Source of the DNA: Longimicrobiales bacterium
GTDB lineage: Bacteria; Gemmatimonadota; Gemmatimonadetes; Longimicrobiales; Gaopeijiaceae
Assembly (NCBI GenBank): GCA_965218295.1
Contig: CBDCKN010000009.1
Coordinates: 160,001-224,000 of the forward strand
DNA: 64,000 bases
Reading direction: 5' to 3'
Shown: piece after piece, positions 1-11,196 of the stretch
How the letters are laid out: each line of letters begins with the position of its first letter
How positions within the stretch are numbered: the stretch's first letter is position 1
Notes under the pieces: generated by a model
Seen by the model: only the letters and a program-made list of their open reading frames with translations
What the model was told of the DNA's origin: nothing
The model's database searches: none
Made by a program: the position numbers and the translations under genes

Positions 1-1090
1 GCAACGGATACGGCAAGCCGAGGCGGCTGGCGATGAGCTCGGGCACGATCACACTCCGACGCCCTCGAGTTCGAGGCCTTGAGGAGCGGTTCGAGAGCCG
101 CGTGCTGCCGTTGTTCGCGAGGCGGACGAAGGAACTGGGCGCTCTGCTTCCGGAGCTGTATCTGCACGGACTGGCGGAGGGAGACTTCGAGTTGGCGATG
201 CGGGGCCTGCTGGGCGAGGGGGCACCGCTGTCGAAGTCTTCGATTCGGCGGCTGCGGGCGGGATGGACGGCGGAGTTCGAGGAATGGAGCCAGCGTCGCC
301 TGGAGGGTCGTGAGGTCGTCTACGTGTGGGCGGACGGGATCTATGTGAAGGCAGGGCTGGAGCGGGACAAAGCGGCGCTGCTGGTGGTGCTGGGTGCCAT
401 GCGAGACGGGACGAAAGAGGTGTTGGCCCTGAGAGCGGGCTACCGAGAGTCGGTCGAGTCCTGGTCCGAGGTGTTGCGGGACCTGAAGGCACGCGGCATC
501 GAGGCGCCCCGGCTTCTGATGGCGGACGGTAACGCTGCGATCTGGGGCGCAGTACGGCAGGTATGGCCTGAGGCGGGTGAGCAACGGTGCTGGAACCACA
601 AGATGAGGAACGTGCTGGACCGACTACCTCAGCGGGAGCAGGGCGAGGCGAAGGATCTTCTCCGGGCCGTGGTCTACGCACCGAGCCGGGCCGAGGCCCT
701 GAAGGCCCGCGAGGTGTTCGCCCGACGCTATAGGCCGTGGTATCCGAAAGCAGTGGACGTACTCGAGGACGACTGGGAGCGGATGGTAGCGTTCTACGAC
801 TTCCCCGAGGACCACTGGAAGCATCTACGCACGACGAACGTGGTCGAGAGCCCGTTCGCCGCGGTACGGCTCAGGACGACAGCAGCGAAGCGGTTCAAGC
901 GGGTCGAGAGCGCTACGGCGCTAATCTGGAAGTTGCTCTTGGTGGCTGAGAAGCGGTTCCGAAGGCTCGACGCTCCTCACCTCCTCAAGGACGTATTTGA
1001 AGGAAGAAAGTTCGAAGACGGAAAGCCCGTCTCACACCAACAGCGGAAGAACGCCGCCTAATACGTTTACACACCTATTGACCCAACCTC
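1..1090 (+). mobile_element. IS256-family element, copy A (left end outside window)
   Basis: Near-identical to the complete copy at 21049-22426. Right IR ...TTTACACACCTATTGACCCAACCTC ends at 1090. Confidence 0.95.
33..1061 (+). CDS. IS256 (mutator-type) transposase, 5' part outside window
   Basis: Motifs VWADGIY, MADGN, QRCWNHK and RTTNVVESPF. Confidence 0.95.
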   Translation: MSSGTITLRRPRVRGLEERFESRVLPLFARRTKELGALLPELYLHGLAEGDFELAMRGLLGEGAPLSKSSIRRLRAGWTAEFEEWSQRRLEGREVVYVWADGIYVKAGLERDKAALLVVLGAMRDGTKEVLALRAGYRESVESWSEVLRDLKARGIEAPRLLMADGNAAIWGAVRQVWPEAGEQRCWNHKMRNVLDRLPQREQGEAKDLLRAVVYAPSRAEALKAREVFARRYRPWYPKAVDVLEDDWERMVAFYDFPEDHWKHLRTTNVVESPFAAVRLRTTAAKRFKRVESATALIWKLLLVAEKRFRRLDAPHLLKDVFEGRKFEDGKPVSHQQRKNAA

Positions 1091-1791
1091 TCCACCATCG
1101 GCTCGGTAAGCTCTCCATCTGGCAGCGGCAGTGGTTCAGGAACCGGAGACACCAGACAGGCCGCACTGGATCAAGCCTATCGCGCTGCCTGCTCACAACT
1201 TGGGCTTGACAACGCCACCAGATTGGCCTGCGAGCAGGGACAGGATTTTCAGGTTGAAGGCGGCAGCCAGGGCAACATCCGCCTGTTCAGTGCCGTTGAA
1301 CGTAGTATTCGATGCAGTAGCAGCTCGGAAAGCTGAGGAAGGAGTTGGGTCGTCTCACGAACCCACCCGCGCCGGAGTTGACACGGCCGATTGGCTAAAG
1401 CGTTCCCTCTTCATGAGGAACTATCAATCGCCGCTCAGCGGATGGTCGGTGAGGTGATGAACGCGTATCTGCAGGTTATCATGCCAAAGTACACAAGGTT
1501 TAGACGTGTCGTTTTCGGCCCGCCGTTTAACCTTAATGAACTAGAGCCCGATCCTGAAGATCCCGAATCACCTAAGCCCCAGCCTCTCTCAACGGAGGTC
1601 TGGATCAATCCACCAGCTGCGGGCCCGACACCGCAGCCTGCTCACTAATTTATGATTCCCCGTGTCTCATTGCTGTCGACAGGTATCCGGAGAGGGCCTT
1701 ATCGGATAAGACGGGCCTTCCTCCTGCTGGGGAGTCACAAGTGAGGGCTGCGAAGCAGCGGGCAAGTCTCATTCCAACCGGATGAAGCGAC

Positions 1792-3189
1792 ATGGAAAAG
1801 ACAATGATAACCAGGGTTGTTCCGTTGCCCTCCTCCGGATCGGGCGATGCACGGATCGTGCGACTGGGTGCCTCGCGAATTGTCAGCCGCCGGAACTTTC
1901 TCATCCAGGGTGGTGGCGCTCTGGCCGCTCTCTCCCTGGGATCCACTGGCTGCTCGGACAGCGGGACGGGACCGAGCGACATTGGGGACGGCAGGAACGG
2001 CCCTGACGTCGAAGAGCAGTCAGTCGACGTGATCGTGGTGGGTGCCGGTCTGTCCGGGCTCGTCGCCGCATACGAGTTGGTCCGGGCGGGGTACAACGTC
2101 AGGGTCCTGGAAGCACGAAACGAAGCCGGTGGCCGGGCGCGGACACTTCGCGAACCCTTCGATGACGGGCTAATCGCCGAAGCCGGCCCCGCCCGGATCC
2201 CACCCGACCACGATCGAACGCTCGGCTACATCGATCATTTCGGCATCAAGACGTCGCCGTTCTATCCCCAGGAAGGTGAGTACCTGTTCGTTACCGAGCA
2301 GGGGGATACCCTCAGGGAGCCTCCGGACGTGTTCCTCAGTGGGGGGCGGGATACGTGGGTCAAAATGCCGGAAGGGACCGATGTCCTGCCGATGGCGTTC
2401 GCCGAAGCGCTCGGAGACCGTGTGCGGTATGGCTCGCCAGTGACGAGGGTCGTCCAGGAGGACTCCGGGGTGCTGGTCACCAACGGAACGGGCGCCTCCA
2501 CGGAGGAGCTGAAGGGCAGTTACCTCATCTGCACCGTCCCCCTTCCCGTGATCGACCAGATCGTGTTCGAACCCACCCTTTCGGAGGAGAAGCGAGCGGC
2601 CTTCGAAGCCCTTACCTACGTGGACGTCACCCGTGTCTACGTTCAGTATGCGGACCGAATCTGGGAGGGCCACGGCTTGAACGGGTGGGGACGGTCGTTA
2701 GTGGGGGGTTTCTGGGAGTTCTGGCATCCCACCTGGAACCAGGATGGGCCTCGGGGACTTCTCATGTCCTACCTGTTCGGAGACATGGCGCGCACGGTCG
2801 CGGCGATGGAGCACGGCACCATCGTTCCCGAGTTCATCGATCGCTTCGACGGCTTCTTCCCGGGCTCGAGCGAGGTGGCGGAGCACGGGACCTACTTCGC
2901 GTGGGAGCACCAGCCTTGGATTGGGGCGGCCTTCGCCCCTTACGATCCGCCGTTCGCGGAGCATCCGGAGCTGGCCTCGCCCGAGGGCCGCATTCACTTC
3001 GCTGGCGAGCACGCCTCGGGGGAGCGGGGGTGGATGCAGGGAGCCCTCCAGTCGGGCCTGCGGGCTGCCTCGGAGATCGATCCGGAGGTGACGGGGGAGA
3101 GTTCCGGCGCGGCCGTGGCGATCTCGCCGAGACGGGTGGCGCGCCGTTTCGCGGCCGGCCCCGGCGTGCCGGGATGGTTGGCGGTGTGA
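1792..3189 (+). CDS. Flavin-containing amine oxidase (L-amino-acid/monoamine oxidase family), predicted Tat lipoprotein
   Basis: GAGLSGL Rossmann motif, [11 protein letters not shown]-terminal FAGEH...[10 protein letters not shown]. Twin-arginine motif SRRNFL and lipobox STGC. True start may lie further downstream. Confidence 0.88.
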   Translation: MEKTMITRVVPLPSSGSGDARIVRLGASRIVSRRNFLIQGGGALAALSLGSTGCSDSGTGPSDIGDGRNGPDVEEQSVDVIVVGAGLSGLVAAYELVRAGYNVRVLEARNEAGGRARTLREPFDDGLIAEAGPARIPPDHDRTLGYIDHFGIKTSPFYPQEGEYLFVTEQGDTLREPPDVFLSGGRDTWVKMPEGTDVLPMAFAEALGDRVRYGSPVTRVVQEDSGVLVTNGTGASTEELKGSYLICTVPLPVIDQIVFEPTLSEEKRAAFEALTYVDVTRVYVQYADRIWEGHGLNGWGRSLVGGFWEFWHPTWNQDGPRGLLMSYLFGDMARTVAAMEHGTIVPEFIDRFDGFFPGSSEVAEHGTYFAWEHQPWIGAAFAPYDPPFAEHPELASPEGRIHFAGEHASGERGWMQGALQSGLRAASEIDPEVTGESSGAAVAISPRRVARRFAAGPGVPGWLAV

Positions 3190-3520
3190 CTGCTCGTTAC
3201 CGGCCTGTCGCTCACACGGTGCGGCTCCTCAACCTGCTCTCGGAGGGTGTCGGCGAGCTCGGGATCTCCCTCGCCGCGACGGACCGAGCGCTCCACGAGC
3301 TCGACGGGGCGCCCGAGATCGGCGAATCCGGCGGCGCGGGCGATACCGTAGAAGCTGGCCGCAACAGCAGCCAAGTCCAACCCTGGTGTGCATGGCCATG
3401 ATCAGCTCCTCCTCACAGCCTCCTCAATGTACGGGTATGGAGATGTTGACGGCCCAGGGTTCCAGCCGTCGGGAGACGAGTTGGTCTGGCGCATGAGAAG
3501 CACGGACTGCTTCGGGGAGT

Positions 3521-3553
3521 TACGTAAATCGTTTAATATAAATACTTTACGTA
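3521..3553. other. AT-rich inverted repeat TACGTAAA-N17-TTTACGTA, possible recombination-site remnant
   Basis: Perfect 8-bp arms in an AT-rich patch just upstream of a 5'-truncated gene. Confidence 0.3.
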
Positions 3554-3678
3554 TTCAGCGACGGTGCTCTTCCCCCCATTATGTCCACCGGGACGAAACG
3601 GACAGCAACGTTCGGCAATGCTTCGGTCGTGCAGCAGCTCCATGAGTTGGATATGTCTCATTCGCATATGACGCGCGA

Positions 3679-4041
3679 GTGAAGCTCCCGGAGGCGTCCG
3701 GTCCCTACCAGCTCGAGGGTCTCGATGCAGAGGGAGGGCGCCTGTTCTCATTGAGCTTCACCCCGGACGAACTCGACCACGGGGGAAACGGCTTTCTGTC
3801 CGCGATCCCATTTCAACCCGAATGGACCGAGGACCTGGACCGCATCACACTCACGGGCCCCGAGGGCTCGACGATCCTGGACCGGGACACCAGCGGACGG
3901 GCCGCCTCGATCATCGATGGCGCATCGGGTCTCGTACGCACGATCGCGCGTGACTGGTCCGCAGATGCAGGCGGAGCGCTGACGGCGGCCGCACCGGCGA
4001 ACGCTCAAGTGGAGGTCATACGAGGACTGCCGAGCAGGTGA
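3679..4041 (+). pseudogene. Orphan C-terminal fragment paralogous to the LRR/M66-like protein at 5793
   Basis: LPEASGPYQLEG..LFSLSF..ITLTGPEGSTILDRDT aligns with LPAAGGAYSLTG..LFSLSF..ITLQGPEGSASLDRDT. Confidence 0.8.
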
Positions 4042-4298
4042 GCATAGGCTTTCGCGCTCCACCGCTCCCCTACCCTTGTCCCGGCCTACGCGTCCGTGCA
4101 CGGCCATGATGATCCATCGATATCCGACTCAGAACGGTGGGCTTAATGAAGGTAAGAGCAGACTCGGTGGCCCGGCGAGCCACCAGATCAGATCCACCAT
4201 TTCGGTAGCCCTAGGTTCGCTATCCGACTACCGTGTCGAGATCAGGATGAACGGATCGACGACCCTATGGGTCGCGCAACGTCTAGAAGGCAACCAAC

Positions 4299-5777
4299 GT
4301 GAGCCAGTTCCCGCACGTCGGGACCCCGGCCGCCACCCACCGTGGACACATCCGTTGTGGCGGGGCGGCCTACCGACCACCCCACCCCACCCAGGTCATC
4401 CTCGTGTTGGCGGCCTTCGCAGGCTCGGCGTGGCTCGTGTCCTGCGGGGACAGCGCGGTCGGGCCAGCTCCCCCGCCTCCCCCTCCCCCCAACCGCGCCC
4501 CGGTCCCCGCGGGCTCGATCCCGACCCAGACCGTGGCCGTGGGCGAGACGGCTGCGGTGGATGTCTCCGCCTACTTCAGCGATCCGGACGGGGATGTGCT
4601 GAGCTATACCGCTGAGACCTCGGACGCTGGCGTGGCCGAGGTCTCGGTGTCGGGGAGCACGGTGACGGTGTCGGCCGTGGGCCGGGGCTCGGCGACGGTG
4701 ACGGTGACGGCCACCGATCCCGGCGGCCTCACCGCCACGCAGACTGTTGAGGCCATCGTTCCCAACCGGGCGCCGGAGCCGGCGGGCTCGATCCCGGCCC
4801 AGACAGTGGCCGTGGGCGAGACGGCTGTGGTGGATGTCTCCGCCTACTTCACCGACGCCGACGGGGATGCGCTGAGCTACGCAGCGTCTTCCTCGAACCC
4901 GTCGGTGGCTGTCGTTTCCACTTCGGGAGCGACGGTGATGATCACCGCGGTGGCGAAGGGCTCCGTGACGGTGACCGTGACGGCCACCGATCCCGGCGGC
5001 CTCACCGCCACACAGACTCTTGAGGCTACCGTCCCCAACCGGGCGCCGGAGGCGAGGGGCTCGCTCCCGGACCAGACCGTCCAAGCCGGCCAGACAGCCA
5101 CGCTCGACGTCTCACCCTACTTTACCGACGCCGACGGGGACGCGCTGAGCTATGCAGCCGCGACGTCCAGCTCCTCCGTCTCGACCGCCTCCGTCTCCGG
5201 CGCCGTGGTCACGATCCAGGGTGTCGCGGTCGGTGAAACGACACTGACGGTAACCGCACGGGACCCCGACGGGGGCGGCGCAACCCAGCAAGTCAGCGTA
5301 ACCGTCACACCCCCGGCACCGGACCTGGCATTCGCGGGCGTGTCGCCGGCCTCCGCCACGCTAACGCCGGGCAGTTCGGTGACTTTCGCGTTCCGCATCC
5401 GCAACCAAGGCACCCTTGCTTCGAGCGCAACGACGATCCGCGCCATGAGGTCGCCGAATCCCATCGTCAGCACCCGCGACACCGAACTCAAATCATACTC
5501 GCTTTCATCGCTGGCCGCTTCGCAGGATCTCACTTTCCCGCTAACGATCTCAGTCGACGCGAGCACTGCGGCGGGAACGATCTACATCGGCATGTGCATC
5601 GATGCAGTGACGGACGAGTCCAACACGCGCAACAACTGTTCGGAGGGTGCTCGCCTGACCATCACCGCGTCTTCGAGTGGGCAGCAGCCGTCCGGCAGCG
5701 TATCGGCGGGCGACGGCTCGGCCATTCGAATCCGGGCGTCTCACCCGCGCATTGAAGCGTCCGGCGGCGACTTGTAA
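4299..5777 (+). CDS. Surface lipoprotein with three cadherin/Ig-like repeats and a C-terminal CARDB-like domain
   Basis: Lipobox LVSC, poly-Pro linker, three NRAP..GSIP.QTV..DVSAYF.D.DGD.LSY repeats, then PDL...IRNQG...DESNTRNNC. Confidence 0.85.
   Translation: MSQFPHVGTPAATHRGHIRCGGAAYRPPHPTQVILVLAAFAGSAWLVSCGDSAVGPAPPPPPPPNRAPVPAGSIPTQTVAVGETAAVDVSAYFSDPDGDVLSYTAETSDAGVAEVSVSGSTVTVSAVGRGSATVTVTATDPGGLTATQTVEAIVPNRAPEPAGSIPAQTVAVGETAVVDVSAYFTDADGDALSYAASSSNPSVAVVSTSGATVMITAVAKGSVTVTVTATDPGGLTATQTLEATVPNRAPEARGSLPDQTVQAGQTATLDVSPYFTDADGDALSYAAATSSSSVSTASVSGAVVTIQGVAVGETTLTVTARDPDGGGATQQVSVTVTPPAPDLAFAGVSPASATLTPGSSVTFAFRIRNQGTLASSATTIRAMRSPNPIVSTRDTELKSYSLSSLAASQDLTFPLTISVDASTAAGTIYIGMCIDAVTDESNTRNNCSEGARLTITASSSGQQPSGSVSAGDGSAIRIRASHPRIEASGGDL
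4491..5309 (+). repeat. Three tandem 273-bp (91-codon) Ig-domain repeats
   Basis: Units start with AACCG at 4491, 4764 and 5037. Confidence 0.85.
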
Positions 5778-5792
5778 GGATCCCAAGCCGAC

Positions 5793-8700
5793 ATGACCGA
5801 GATGACAAGTAAACGTCACGTGCACCGCCGGGCGGCCACGGCTGCTTGGCACGCGTGCGGCCGGGGGACCGTGATCCTGGCGGTTGTGGTCGTTGCGGCC
5901 TGTGACGAGTCGGTAGTCGCTCCTCCGGCGGTCGTCGTCGCCGCCTCTCCGCCGAGCGCGTTGCTGTCGCCGGCACCAGCGAGCGACCGCGATATCCTCA
6001 TCGCGCTCTATGAAACGACGGATGGGCCGAACTGGCTCAACTCCGACAACTGGCTGACCGACGCACCGCTCGGGGAGTGGTACGGGGTGGATACGGATGC
6101 TTCGGGACGCGTTGTACGGCTGGATCTTGCCGGCATGTGGGATAGCGAGAACTTCCAGTGGATCCGCCATGGACTATCGGGCGCTATCCCGGCGGAACTG
6201 GGGGGCCTGGCCAACCTGGAAACGCTGTCTCTCCGGAACAACGAGTTGACCGGCCCCATCCCGGCGGAACTCGGCGGCCTGGCCAACCTGGAAAGGCTGT
6301 CTCTCGGGAACAACGAGTTGACCGGCCCCATCCCGGCGGAACTGGGGGGCCTGGCCAACCTGGGGACCCTGTGGCTCTTCGGCAACCAGCTGTCGGGCAC
6401 CATCCCCCCCGAACTCGGCAATCTCGCCAACGTGTGGCAGATGAGCCTCGCCGGCAACCAGCTTTCCGGCCCTGTCCCGGCGGAACTGGGCGGGCTGGCC
6501 AACCTGGAATGGCTATATCTCGGTTCCAATGAGCTGACGGGGACCGTGCCGTTGAGCTTCCTGCAACTCCTGCAGTTGCGGGAGTTCCGATTCCAGGAGA
6601 ATGCAGGTCTTTGCCTTCCGACGGACCTTGTCGCCTGGTACGAGGCGCTTGAAGACCGGGAGGGTCCGGTCTGCCCCGATGCGGAGGTGCTGAGGGCGCT
6701 GTACGAAGCGGCGGGCGGGGGAGGCTGGACGAACGCCGATGGGTGGCTTGGGGACGGTCCTCTCGGCCAGTGGTACGGGGTGGACGTCGATGCGTCGGGC
6801 CGCGTGTCTACCGTGGACCTCGAGGGAAACGGTCTCTCGGGCCGCCTGCCTGACAGGCTCGGCGACTTGGCGGGCCTGACGACGCTGCGGATCGGAGACA
6901 ACGCTCTGTCCGGACGGCTGCCGTCTTCGCTCGCCCGGACGCCGCTCCAGGAGCTGCGTTACGCGAACACGGACCTGTGCGTCCCGGCCGAAGTGTGGTT
7001 TCGGGAGTGGCTGGCCGCCATTCCGCAACACGAAGGCACGGAGGTGCAATGCCCCCCGCTGTCCGACCGTGGCATCCTCATCGCGCTCTATGACGCGACC
7101 GGAGGCCCAGAGTGGACGAACAGCGGCGACTGGTTGACGGATGCGCTGCTGGGGGAATGGTATGGGGTGAGCACGGATGCGGGCGGCCGGGTCGTGGGCC
7201 TGGACCTGCAGTCGAACGGGCTGGAGGGGCCGATTCCGCGAGAGCTGGGCGGCTTGGCCGAGCTGGAGACACTGATCCTCTTCGAGAACGAGTTGACGGG
7301 TTCGATCCCTCCGGAGCTGGGCGCGTTGGCAATGGCCAAGCTCGTCGTTCTCGCGGCAAACCAGCTTTCGGGGCCGATCCCGGCGGAGTTGGGCGGGTTG
7401 GCCGACGTAGAGGAATTGCATCTCAATGGCAACCAGCTGACGTCCGTCCCGCCGGAACTGGGCGGCCTGGCCGAGCTGGCGGTGCTGTCGCTTGCATCGA
7501 ACGAGTTAACGTCTCTCCCGCGGGAGTTGGGCGAATTGGGCAACTTGCGGGCTCTGTCGCTCCAAGGGAACCAGCTCGCGTCCGTCCCGCCGGAGTTGGG
7601 CGAATTGGGCAACCTGCGAGCGCTGACTCTGAACTTCAACCAGCTGACGTCCGTCCCGCCGGAACTCGGAGGCCTCGCCAATCTGGAATCCCTGGGGCTC
7701 TGGTCCAACGAGTTGACGTCCGTCCCCCCGGAGTTGGGCGAACTGAGCAATCTGCAAGAGCTGGATCTCGATGAGAACCGGCTGACCGCCGTCCCGCCCG
7801 AACTGGCCCGCTTGGATCGTCTTGCAGTTCTTTGGCTTGCATCAAACGACTTGACGTCCGTCCCCCCGGAGTTGGGCGAACTGAGCAATCTGCAAGAGCT
7901 GGATCTCGATGAGAACCGGCTGACGTCCGTCCCGCCGGAGTTGGGCGAACTGGGCAACCTGTGGTTGCTGAGTCTCGAGGGCAACCGGCTGACCGCCGTT
8001 CCGGTTGGACCTGGCGGCTTCGCAAGTTTGGGCATCCTGGATCTTTCGTCCAACGAGTTCACGTCCTTTCCGTGGGAGTTGGGCGAACTGAGCAACCTCA
8101 TGGTGCTGGAACTCGACGGGAATCGGCTGACGGACATTCCGCCAGGACTCGGCCGGGGGGCTAGTGCGAAACGGCTCGCCTCCCACGCCACCGAGTTGCC
8201 GTCCTTCTCCGAGAGGTGGAGCGAATCGGACCATCCCTGGCGGCTGGATTCTGATGAGCACCAGTTGACGTTTGTGGCTCGAAATCAGAATAAGTTGGGC
8301 ACTCTGCTGGCCAGGATGGGACTCGACGGGAACCGGTCGTCGCCGGCCATGCGGTCGCGGGTCGGCAGCTTTGCGAGCTTGGAGATCCTGGATCTCTCGT
8401 CCAACGAGATGAGTGGTTCACTGCCGGCGGGGTTGGTCGAGCTCACGCGCCTGACGAGTTTGAGCGTCGCCGACAACGCCGGGCTGGCCGGTGCCCTGCC
8501 CTTCGAACTGACGGCGCTCGAGCGCCTCGAGGATCTGCACACGACCGGTACGGGGCTCTGCGCGCCGGCCGACCCCACTCTCCTTGATTGGCTCGAGGGC
8601 GTGACGCGGCAGCGGGTCGCGCTCTGCGGCCGCGGCGGCGACGCGGCCGCCTATCTCACGCAGGTCGTCCAGTCCCGCGAGTTCCCGGTGCCACTGGTCG

Positions 8701-10157
8701 CGGGCGAGCCGGCTTTGCTGCGGGTGTTCGTGACGGCGGAGCGCGCAACCAACGCGGGCCTGCCCCCCGTCCGAGCCACCTTCTACCGGGATGGGGCCTT
8801 GATCCACGAGGCAGACATTCCCGCGAAGTCCGATCCCATCCCGGCGGCGATCGATGAGAGTTCCCTGTCGAAGTCGGCGAACGCGGAGATCCCCGGTTGG
8901 GTCATCCAGCCGGGGCTGGAAGTCGTGATCGAACCGGATCCGGACGGGACGCTGGACCCGGCGCTGGGAGTGGCAGGGCGTATCCCCGCGACGGGTCGGA
9001 TGGCGGTGGACGTGCACGCGGTGCCGGTGTTCGAGCTGACGCTCGTGCCCTTCCTCTGGGAGGAGAGTCCGGACGCCTCCATTCTGGAGATCACGGCCGC
9101 CATGGCTGGCGACCCGGAAGGCCACGAGCTGCTTGAAGACACGCGCCTGCTCCTGCCGGTTTCCGCGATGGACGTGAAGGCGCACGAATCTGTCGCGACG
9201 CCAACGAACAACGGCTTTGCGATCATGGAGCAGACAGAGATGATCCGGGTCGCGGAGGGCGGACGCGGCCACTACCTGGGGGTAATGGCGGGACCCACGG
9301 GCCCGGGTGGTCTCCTTGGCGTGGCGAACGGCATCGGAAGCTGGTCGAGCTTCTCGGTCCTCGACTCCGAAACCATCGCGCACGAATTCGGCCACAACCG
9401 CAACCTGTACCATGCACCGTGCGGCGGTGCCGGCGGTCCGGACCGGTACTATCCCTATGGCTCAGGGAACATCGGCGCCTGGGGCTACGATTCTCGCACC
9501 GGCGATTTGGTGCCGCCGGATCAACCGGACCTCATGTCCTATTGCGACCCGTATTGGATCAGCGACTACCAGTTCACGAACGCGCTCCGGTACCGCCTGG
9601 AAACCGAAAGCGGCTCCATCCTCGTCGCTGCCGCGGCCCCTCCGCCGGCCGCCTCCGGCCGCGCCCTGCTGCTCTGGGGCGGGCTGGACGGCGAAGGCGG
9701 GCCGTACCTGCGGCCGGCCTTCTTCATTGACGCTCCGCCGACACTGCCAGCGGCCGGCGGCGCGTATTCGCTCACCGGGCGGGACCCCGGCGGCGCCGAG
9801 CTCTTCTCGCTGTCCTTCGCCATGGCGGAGTACACCGACGCGGAAGACGACCGCGCAGGGTTCTCCTTCGCCCTGCCGGTGACGTGGACGGAGGAGCTGG
9901 CGAGCATTACGCTGCAAGGCCCAGAAGGCTCTGCCAGCCTCGACCGCGACACCGACGACCCCGTCACCATCCTACGCGACCCGGCGACAGGCCAGATCCG
10001 AGGCATCTTCGATGGTCCTCCGCCGGCCGCCCTGGCCCCAGGCCCCGCAGCGGCCCCGCTGGCCCCGGGCCCCGCAGCGGCCCCGCTGGCCCCGGGCCAG
10101 GGGTTCGAGGTCCTGTTCAGCCGGGGGATACCGAGCGCGGCGAACGAACAGCGCTGA
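5793..10157 (+). CDS. Large lipoprotein: plant-type LRR blocks with three N-cap modules plus an M66-like zinc metallopeptidase domain
   Basis: Lipobox VAAC. Caps ALYE..G..W...W....LG.WYGV, repeats N.L.GPIPAELG.L.NL..L.L, HEFGHNRNLYHAPCG zinc motif and DLMSYC Met-turn. Confidence 0.88.
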   Translation: MTEMTSKRHVHRRAATAAWHACGRGTVILAVVVVAACDESVVAPPAVVVAASPPSALLSPAPASDRDILIALYETTDGPNWLNSDNWLTDAPLGEWYGVDTDASGRVVRLDLAGMWDSENFQWIRHGLSGAIPAELGGLANLETLSLRNNELTGPIPAELGGLANLERLSLGNNELTGPIPAELGGLANLGTLWLFGNQLSGTIPPELGNLANVWQMSLAGNQLSGPVPAELGGLANLEWLYLGSNELTGTVPLSFLQLLQLREFRFQENAGLCLPTDLVAWYEALEDREGPVCPDAEVLRALYEAAGGGGWTNADGWLGDGPLGQWYGVDVDASGRVSTVDLEGNGLSGRLPDRLGDLAGLTTLRIGDNALSGRLPSSLARTPLQELRYANTDLCVPAEVWFREWLAAIPQHEGTEVQCPPLSDRGILIALYDATGGPEWTNSGDWLTDALLGEWYGVSTDAGGRVVGLDLQSNGLEGPIPRELGGLAELETLILFENELTGSIPPELGALAMAKLVVLAANQLSGPIPAELGGLADVEELHLNGNQLTSVPPELGGLAELAVLSLASNELTSLPRELGELGNLRALSLQGNQLASVPPELGELGNLRALTLNFNQLTSVPPELGGLANLESLGLWSNELTSVPPELGELSNLQELDLDENRLTAVPPELARLDRLAVLWLASNDLTSVPPELGELSNLQELDLDENRLTSVPPELGELGNLWLLSLEGNRLTAVPVGPGGFASLGILDLSSNEFTSFPWELGELSNLMVLELDGNRLTDIPPGLGRGASAKRLASHATELPSFSERWSESDHPWRLDSDEHQLTFVARNQNKLGTLLARMGLDGNRSSPAMRSRVGSFASLEILDLSSNEMSGSLPAGLVELTRLTSLSVADNAGLAGALPFELTALERLEDLHTTGTGLCAPADPTLLDWLEGVTRQRVALCGRGGDAAAYLTQVVQSREFPVPLVAGEPALLRVFVTAERATNAGLPPVRATFYRDGALIHEADIPAKSDPIPAAIDESSLSKSANAEIPGWVIQPGLEVVIEPDPDGTLDPALGVAGRIPATGRMAVDVHAVPVFELTLVPFLWEESPDASILEITAAMAGDPEGHELLEDTRLLLPVSAMDVKAHESVATPTNNGFAIMEQTEMIRVAEGGRGHYLGVMAGPTGPGGLLGVANGIGSWSSFSVLDSETIAHEFGHNRNLYHAPCGGAGGPDRYYPYGSGNIGAWGYDSRTGDLVPPDQPDLMSYCDPYWISDYQFTNALRYRLETESGSILVAAAAPPPAASGRALLLWGGLDGEGGPYLRPAFFIDAPPTLPAAGGAYSLTGRDPGGAELFSLSFAMAEYTDAEDDRAGFSFALPVTWTEELASITLQGPEGSASLDRDTDDPVTILRDPATGQIRGIFDGPPPAALAPGPAAAPLAPGPAAAPLAPGQGFEVLFSRGIPSAANEQR

Positions 10158-10219
10158 ACTCGGCCGTCAGTGCGACTCGGTCCCTCCAGACAAGGGCGCA
10201 CTGGCCGTCTCGCGGCTCG

Positions 10220-10458
10220 CCACAGGCAGCACTTCTCGAATGCTTCGCATGGACAACCTCGGGCCAGTCGCGGACGTGTTTGTCTTTGGAACCGGTTGCC
10301 CCTGGGTGGCCGACGAGTCCAGGGAATGACAGCTCTGGTCGGTCGGAGTGCGGGTCGAGCCACCCAGGGGCGGCCGCGGCCGCCCCTCCATAGACCTCTA
10401 AGAGCGTCTATCGGTGTTTGGGTCAGACCACCGAAGGGAACCGGCTCTCAAATACTCA
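10220..10458 (-). mobile_element. IS21-family left-end remnant (istA N-terminus)
   Basis: RLSMRSIREVL resembles the IstA N-terminus. A TG-initiated end TGAGTATT at 10458 abuts the IS3 fragment. Confidence 0.45.
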
Positions 10459-10459
10459 C

Positions 10460-10637
10460 TGTCGGAGTGATGAACCACCCCGCCGTTCGGCTGTCGTCGC
10501 GAGATCGCCATCGCCAGTGCGCCCTCGACCAGTTCGGCCTGCATGTGCGGCGCCATCGCCCAACCGACGACGTGGCGGCTCCAGGCGTCGAGCACCACCG
10601 CCAGATACAGCCAGCCAGCCCACGTGGGCACGTACGT
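10460..10637 (-). pseudogene. IS3-family transposase (rve) internal fragment
   Basis: TYVPTWAGWLYLAVVLDAWSRHVVGW...VVHHSD. Confidence 0.85.
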
Positions 10638-11118
10638 GAGGTCAAGTCCCGAGTTGTGTGTAAAAGTGAGAGGAAGCTCCTCGATGCTTCGGTTAGGCTG
10701 CCTTGGCGACCTCCTTGGGCTCGAGGAGTGAGAGGTCCAGGTAACGGCGCTCGCTCCAGACCGCAGTAGTCCTCAGAGCAACCGCGGTGATGAGGCGGAG
10801 TGCACTGGCTCGGTCTGGGAAGGCGTCGGCGCTCCGGATTCGACGCTTGATCTCGGTGTGCAGGCGCTCGAGGCTGTTCGTGGTGCGTAGCCTGGCCCAG
10901 TGGGGCTCGGGAAACGCGTAGAACTGGGTGGCGGCCGTGAAGCCCCGCTCGAGCACCCTCATTGCCTCGGGGAGTTCGTTGTGCCAGCGCGCCGTGATCT
11001 CGGCCAGGCGCTTCTTCGCCTTAGCGAGCCCGGGGGCCCGGAAGACGGCGGCAACCTCGCGCGCCACACGCTTGCGCAGGCGATGCGGGACCTTGGCCAG
11101 CACGTTGCGTTGCAGGTG
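10638..11118 (-). mobile_element. Right end of a second, distinct IS256-family element (C-terminal transposase fragment, stop at 10693)
   Basis: HLQRN...RTTNSLERLHTEIKRR. End TTTTACACACAACTCGGGACTTGACC. Truncated by the IS3 element at 11119. Confidence 0.8.
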
Positions 11119-11196
11119 TGACCTGACCCCCTGAAACGAGACCAGGTGCAATGTTAGGATCGACCTGGTCTGAAGCTTTTCAGCGAGGAGGTCAGG

